Below are positions 60,001 to 64,000 of a stretch of 64,000 nucleotides of DNA, piece after piece. The notes beneath the pieces are model-generated. The model was not told the origin of the DNA, searched no databases, and saw only the letters and a list, made by a program, of their open reading frames with translations. The DNA comes from Setoptus koraiensis. Lineage: Eukaryota; Animalia; Arthropoda. The position numbers were made by a program, and so were the translations under genes. Location: NCBI GenBank assembly GCA_048013815.1, contig CM106585.1:23746001-23810000 (forward strand), written 5' to 3'. The stretch's first letter is position 1. Each line of letters starts with the position of its first letter.

Positions 60001-62005
60001 CGGCCAGACAGAGCCGCTGTCAGCAGTAATCGGCGAGACCGCCGAGACTAAATAGCGCCGGCATTATATATGACCATTATATATCATGCACTGGCCGTTA
60101 TGACTGCAAGCTTACGCTGGCCACTATATGGTTACATAATGGCCACACAGCTCACATGTGTGTGCATGGGCATGTGTGCTCGGGCCCCAGTTGAGCATGT
60201 CCGAGATGCAAAGTAGCGAAAAGGGGCCAACTCGACACGTACGCCCGATGATGGCCCGCGATGGGGCCACGGCGCAACCGCACCGCAAGCTCGTGGCAAA
60301 CTCGTGGCAGGCTGGCCTCCGCACACACACACAGTTGCACAGTTAACCATGGCAACTGTGTAGCGGCTGCCAGGGGTCCCGGCGCTTGTCCATGAATGTA
60401 TGCAAAATGAGCGCCAAAACGGCCGTTCAAAATAGTGTGAGCAGTAAATGGTCACACAAGCACAACGAAAGCGACCGGCATGCACCGATTCTGGGGCCAC
60501 TGGGGGAGACCCGCTTGTGGAGAGCTCTCCCTTGTGGGGAGAGTAATGGATTCTCTGTGCACAGGGGCAATTGTCTTTTTTGCGCACGCACAATTTCTTA
60601 TAATTGCCGTAGTCAGTGGTCAGTGACTAACTGTGGTCACACACAGTGGTCAAATGCGTGTGCGTGCGCGCGTGTAACCAGAGCGCGCCACGCACCAAAG
60701 TCAAACTTGGCACACCGAGCCGATTACAGCTGTAATCGGCCGGTCGCCATGGTTTCAATTGGCAACAGCTGGCCCGCAAGCTTGCCAAGCAGCATCATCG
60801 ACTGTGTTTAATCTCTGTGACTTATCACTCATAAGTTCGTATGTATCATTATATCATTTGTTTAGCTGCCGCTCACAAGTCAGACACACTTGTCAGCTGA
60901 TCGGCTCATTGTTTGACAGTCAGTCAGCTGACTGGCTGGCTTGACACAACAAAGACAGCTGATTGGTTTGACACAACACGGTCAGCTGACTGACTGTGGC
61001 CGGGCCGGCTGTACTACTTTGCTGCTGTTTACAATTGTGTTAGATCATTGTGAGCAGCCAAAGTCACTTTGATAAGTTAACTCACAGCTGTCCAGTGGCG
61101 TGCAAAATCTAATGTCAGCAACCTTGGTCAAGATGAATGCTGTGTTACGCAATGAGCACTCATTATGCAATTAGTCCAGCAGCAACAACACAGGGTAATG
61201 ACGCGTAATAGATTAACGGACAATAGGAAGAGAGGGGCTCACTATTGACAAATGACCTATCTGTGCAACACTGCACAATATTAGCTATTGTTTATATCAG
61301 TGAGTTGAGCGAGTCAGAGCTTGTGAGATCAGTACTAATGTGCATTCTCTTGCCACTTGCACCAATTAAAACAGCCAACTATTAACTGCAACAACTGGCT
61401 GTAGTGTGGTCTCATTACGCGATGCTGCTGGCAAGCTGTTTAAACCGCAACAACCACAACTGACCTTGGGACAATTGTAAGTGACACAACAAACTGCACA
61501 GTAATTAATACACTATTTATACTATACGCGGCTTCAGCGGCTGGTATGTACCACAAGCTGACCCATCAATTCTGTTCATCTTGCACATTTTCGTGCTTCG
61601 ACAAACACAATTTACCTTGTAATGTTCATATAACGGTATTGTACCGTTATTCTGTCCACTCCTACACACTTACAAGCTGTCAGATAGGCTGCATGGGCCA
61701 TCTTGGCCAATTGAATACTGTCACGCGCTCACCGTTGCCACACTGGCCACTTTTGACACTTGACAATGCCTATAACTTGTTGCTACAGTTCAATTGGTTA
61801 AGATTTTAATTAGAGTTTATTTAATAGACTGGCCACTTGTTGTTGTTGCTATTGTAAGTATCTATGTAATAAATCGCTCACTAGCTACTCCTATCAACCA
61901 ACTATCGCAGTGTCGATAATAACGCGTGCTCCAATCTCCTTTGGTAACTGCATTGGTAAGCAAAGTTCAATGCAAAACAACAAAGCTCACTGACGCCCCC
62001 AACGA

Positions 62006-62053
62006 GTTTCATTACAATTCCCTTCAAACAGTTGAAAGGAATTGTAATGAAAC
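62006..62053. repeat. Near-perfect inverted repeat / hairpin (16 bp + 1 mismatch + 5 bp, 4-nt loop)
   Basis: GTTTCATTACAATTCC-C-TTCAA-ACAG-TTGAA-A-GGAATTGTAATGAAAC. Confidence 0.9.
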
Positions 62054-64000
62054 CACTGGCTGGTCAACAATGATGTGTATTGAGTACTAATAATAGTACA
62101 TTATGTACATGTGTCCGTATTCACCCTATTTTTGTTATTGTTGCGACCGTGTTATTGTATGCATTTACTGCCAGTGGTAGCAGTATCACTATGCAATGGT
62201 CAACAACATCTTAATAACAATGGCGCTAACGATTACGTGATTCTACCTATTATAACTACAACTTTCGTTATGCAACAGTAACAACAACATGATAAATCAA
62301 ATTCGTTACTCTCTCTCTCTTTAACCAGATCGCAATGATAACAATCAATAATAGATAGCAAGCAATAGATATTTTCATGCAAATACAATGTCTACTGTAG
62401 CTAATGCCCGTCAGGCATCATTATCGTAGGCGCCATTCAGGGGCGCACATTGGAAAATAATTACACAACTCACAAATGCTCATGGCCGGTAATTGGTGTA
62501 TCTGTTTCGATATCTGGTCACTCGGAGCGCCTAGCTCCGGAAATGGTTGCTATGTATATTGAGGGATAGTGAGCTCTCAGGAGTTGTCACTAAACGATTA
62601 TAATCTACGTGTGTCTCATACACACATCATTAGCTTATTTTTTGTGTTTGTTTTGTTGTTCACATTTGGTGGTGCAAATAATAATAGAACAATGTATTAT
62701 TGATTCTTGTTGTCGTGTTTTTGGTTGGTTTGGTTGGTCCAACGAATGTAGCTAGATAGCTACATTCGTTGGATATATGCAAATGCCAATAACAAAGGAA
62801 TACTTGCAATACCTATTAAGATAGCACGATATTTCTCTTTTTGTTGACTGTTATTGTCATTTACTTGCATTCGCGTTTACTAAGTGGACAGAAACTAACA
62901 ATACAATGTAAGCAATAGTTAGCAATAGTTGAACAAACACGCTTCTTGTATTTTGTGGTAAACCAATAATGACAATAATAGTATATACGATAATAAGTCA
63001 GTATATTGCATAGCAAGAGGTCGTATTTGTATTGATTGGGCCTTAATTGAGCTCAAACTTTGCCTGTCACAAGGTAGCAGACAGTTGTGCACATATATAC
63101 ACGGTTGGTTACATAATTGCTAGAGCAACTGGACGACTCACCCAACCAAAAGTTGCTCTAAAATGTAATTAAACCGTTTCGGTGAGCAACAACTCAATTT
63201 AGATGACGCTTATATGACGAAGAACTCACTTCCATTGCACGATGAACAACATGAGAGAGCCTCGACGAGAATTATAGCAAATTGAATAGTTGGCCCTATG
63301 CTCAAGCAGGATGCGTCTGTCTTATTGCCAGGTCGGCCAGGCAAAGATTGATGTATCCATAAATTGTAACTGCACGTTCTGCATACTTGTGCTATAATAG
63401 TTGACACGGAATGTCACAAATTTGATAGATGAGGCACTAGGCTAATTTTGATCAGACAGGTACATAGGTGCTCGTTATAAATGTAGGTGAGTCACTAGTG
63501 GTCCATTATTGTTTGCAACGAGCTGCACATAGTCTGTTTTGATGACGTTCTCAAAAACGATGTAAGCTCGCCCGCCCCCACATTGTCTTCTTCATGATGC
63601 AACTAATTCTTTTCAGAGCTCTAGTTGCTTGTATTTTTAGCCAAACGATTTGCTTAATGCAAATGAGTCAGACAGATATGGTAAACTCATTGAAATGCAT
63701 GGATATTCATGAATATTCTTTAAACCTCGTAAATGTACATCAAGACGAATAGATTTAAAGAAAATCAGACGTAAAGGAACTATTGGTTGGTATTGCCAGT
63801 CATATATTCATCGGATCACAGTTGACGGATTTTGATTCGATTCAATTGAGGGGCCCAACATGAAAATCACGTCTTGCTCTAACGTGCAATTGGCCCATGC
63901 CAGTATACCTGCCATTCAAATGTGTGTGGCCTGATTTGAGTGAATTGACTGAGAAATCACTTGATCATGCCAACTATATTGGGACAGTAATCTTATCTTT

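Noticed and set aside
36600-63500. Numerous 60-220 aa ORFs in the track, including 49532-50185 and 40053-40518
   Set aside because: They are products of micro- and minisatellites or alternative starts, with repeat-derived peptides and no domain signatures.
63605-63620. Histone 3' stem-loop-like TTCTTTTCAGAGCT
   Set aside because: The GG/CC base of the stem is missing and there is no histone ORF upstream.

Overview
This is eukaryotic (arthropod) genomic DNA. Its style (intronless housekeeping genes, very short spacers, microsatellite-rich gene deserts) most resembles a compact mite genome such as an eriophyoid; that taxon call is an inference. I found no prokaryotic features, CRISPR array, tRNA or rRNA. 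1-7.6 kb: repeat-rich DNA with a possible 5' end of a minus-strand secreted or membrane protein gene. 7.7-25.2 kb: a dense block of single-exon genes, namely an NRF-6/acyltransferase-3 protein (-), Nup155 (+), PCID2 (-), Maelstrom (-), an HP1-family chromo/chromoshadow protein (+) and ZC3H13/Flacc (+). 25.7-36.5 kb: a GABA-B receptor subunit 2 gene (-), for which I mapped 13 exons by hand; it has a low-complexity C-terminal tail of about 1,150 aa and its first coding exon(s) were not found. 36.5-64 kb: non-coding DNA rich in micro- and minisatellites, palindromes and E-box clusters. The most striking unexplained signal is a pair of diverged copies of a 225-280 nt element (11663-11939 and 19775-20000, + strand). 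The copies share about ten exactly or near-exactly conserved blocks at conserved spacing, a compensatory base-pair change, G.U pairs that fix the strand, and variable hairpins at fixed positions. Together these suggest a pseudoknotted structured RNA that matches no family I recognise. It has partial HDV-ribozyme-like topology, and copy A appears to be intron-hosted.
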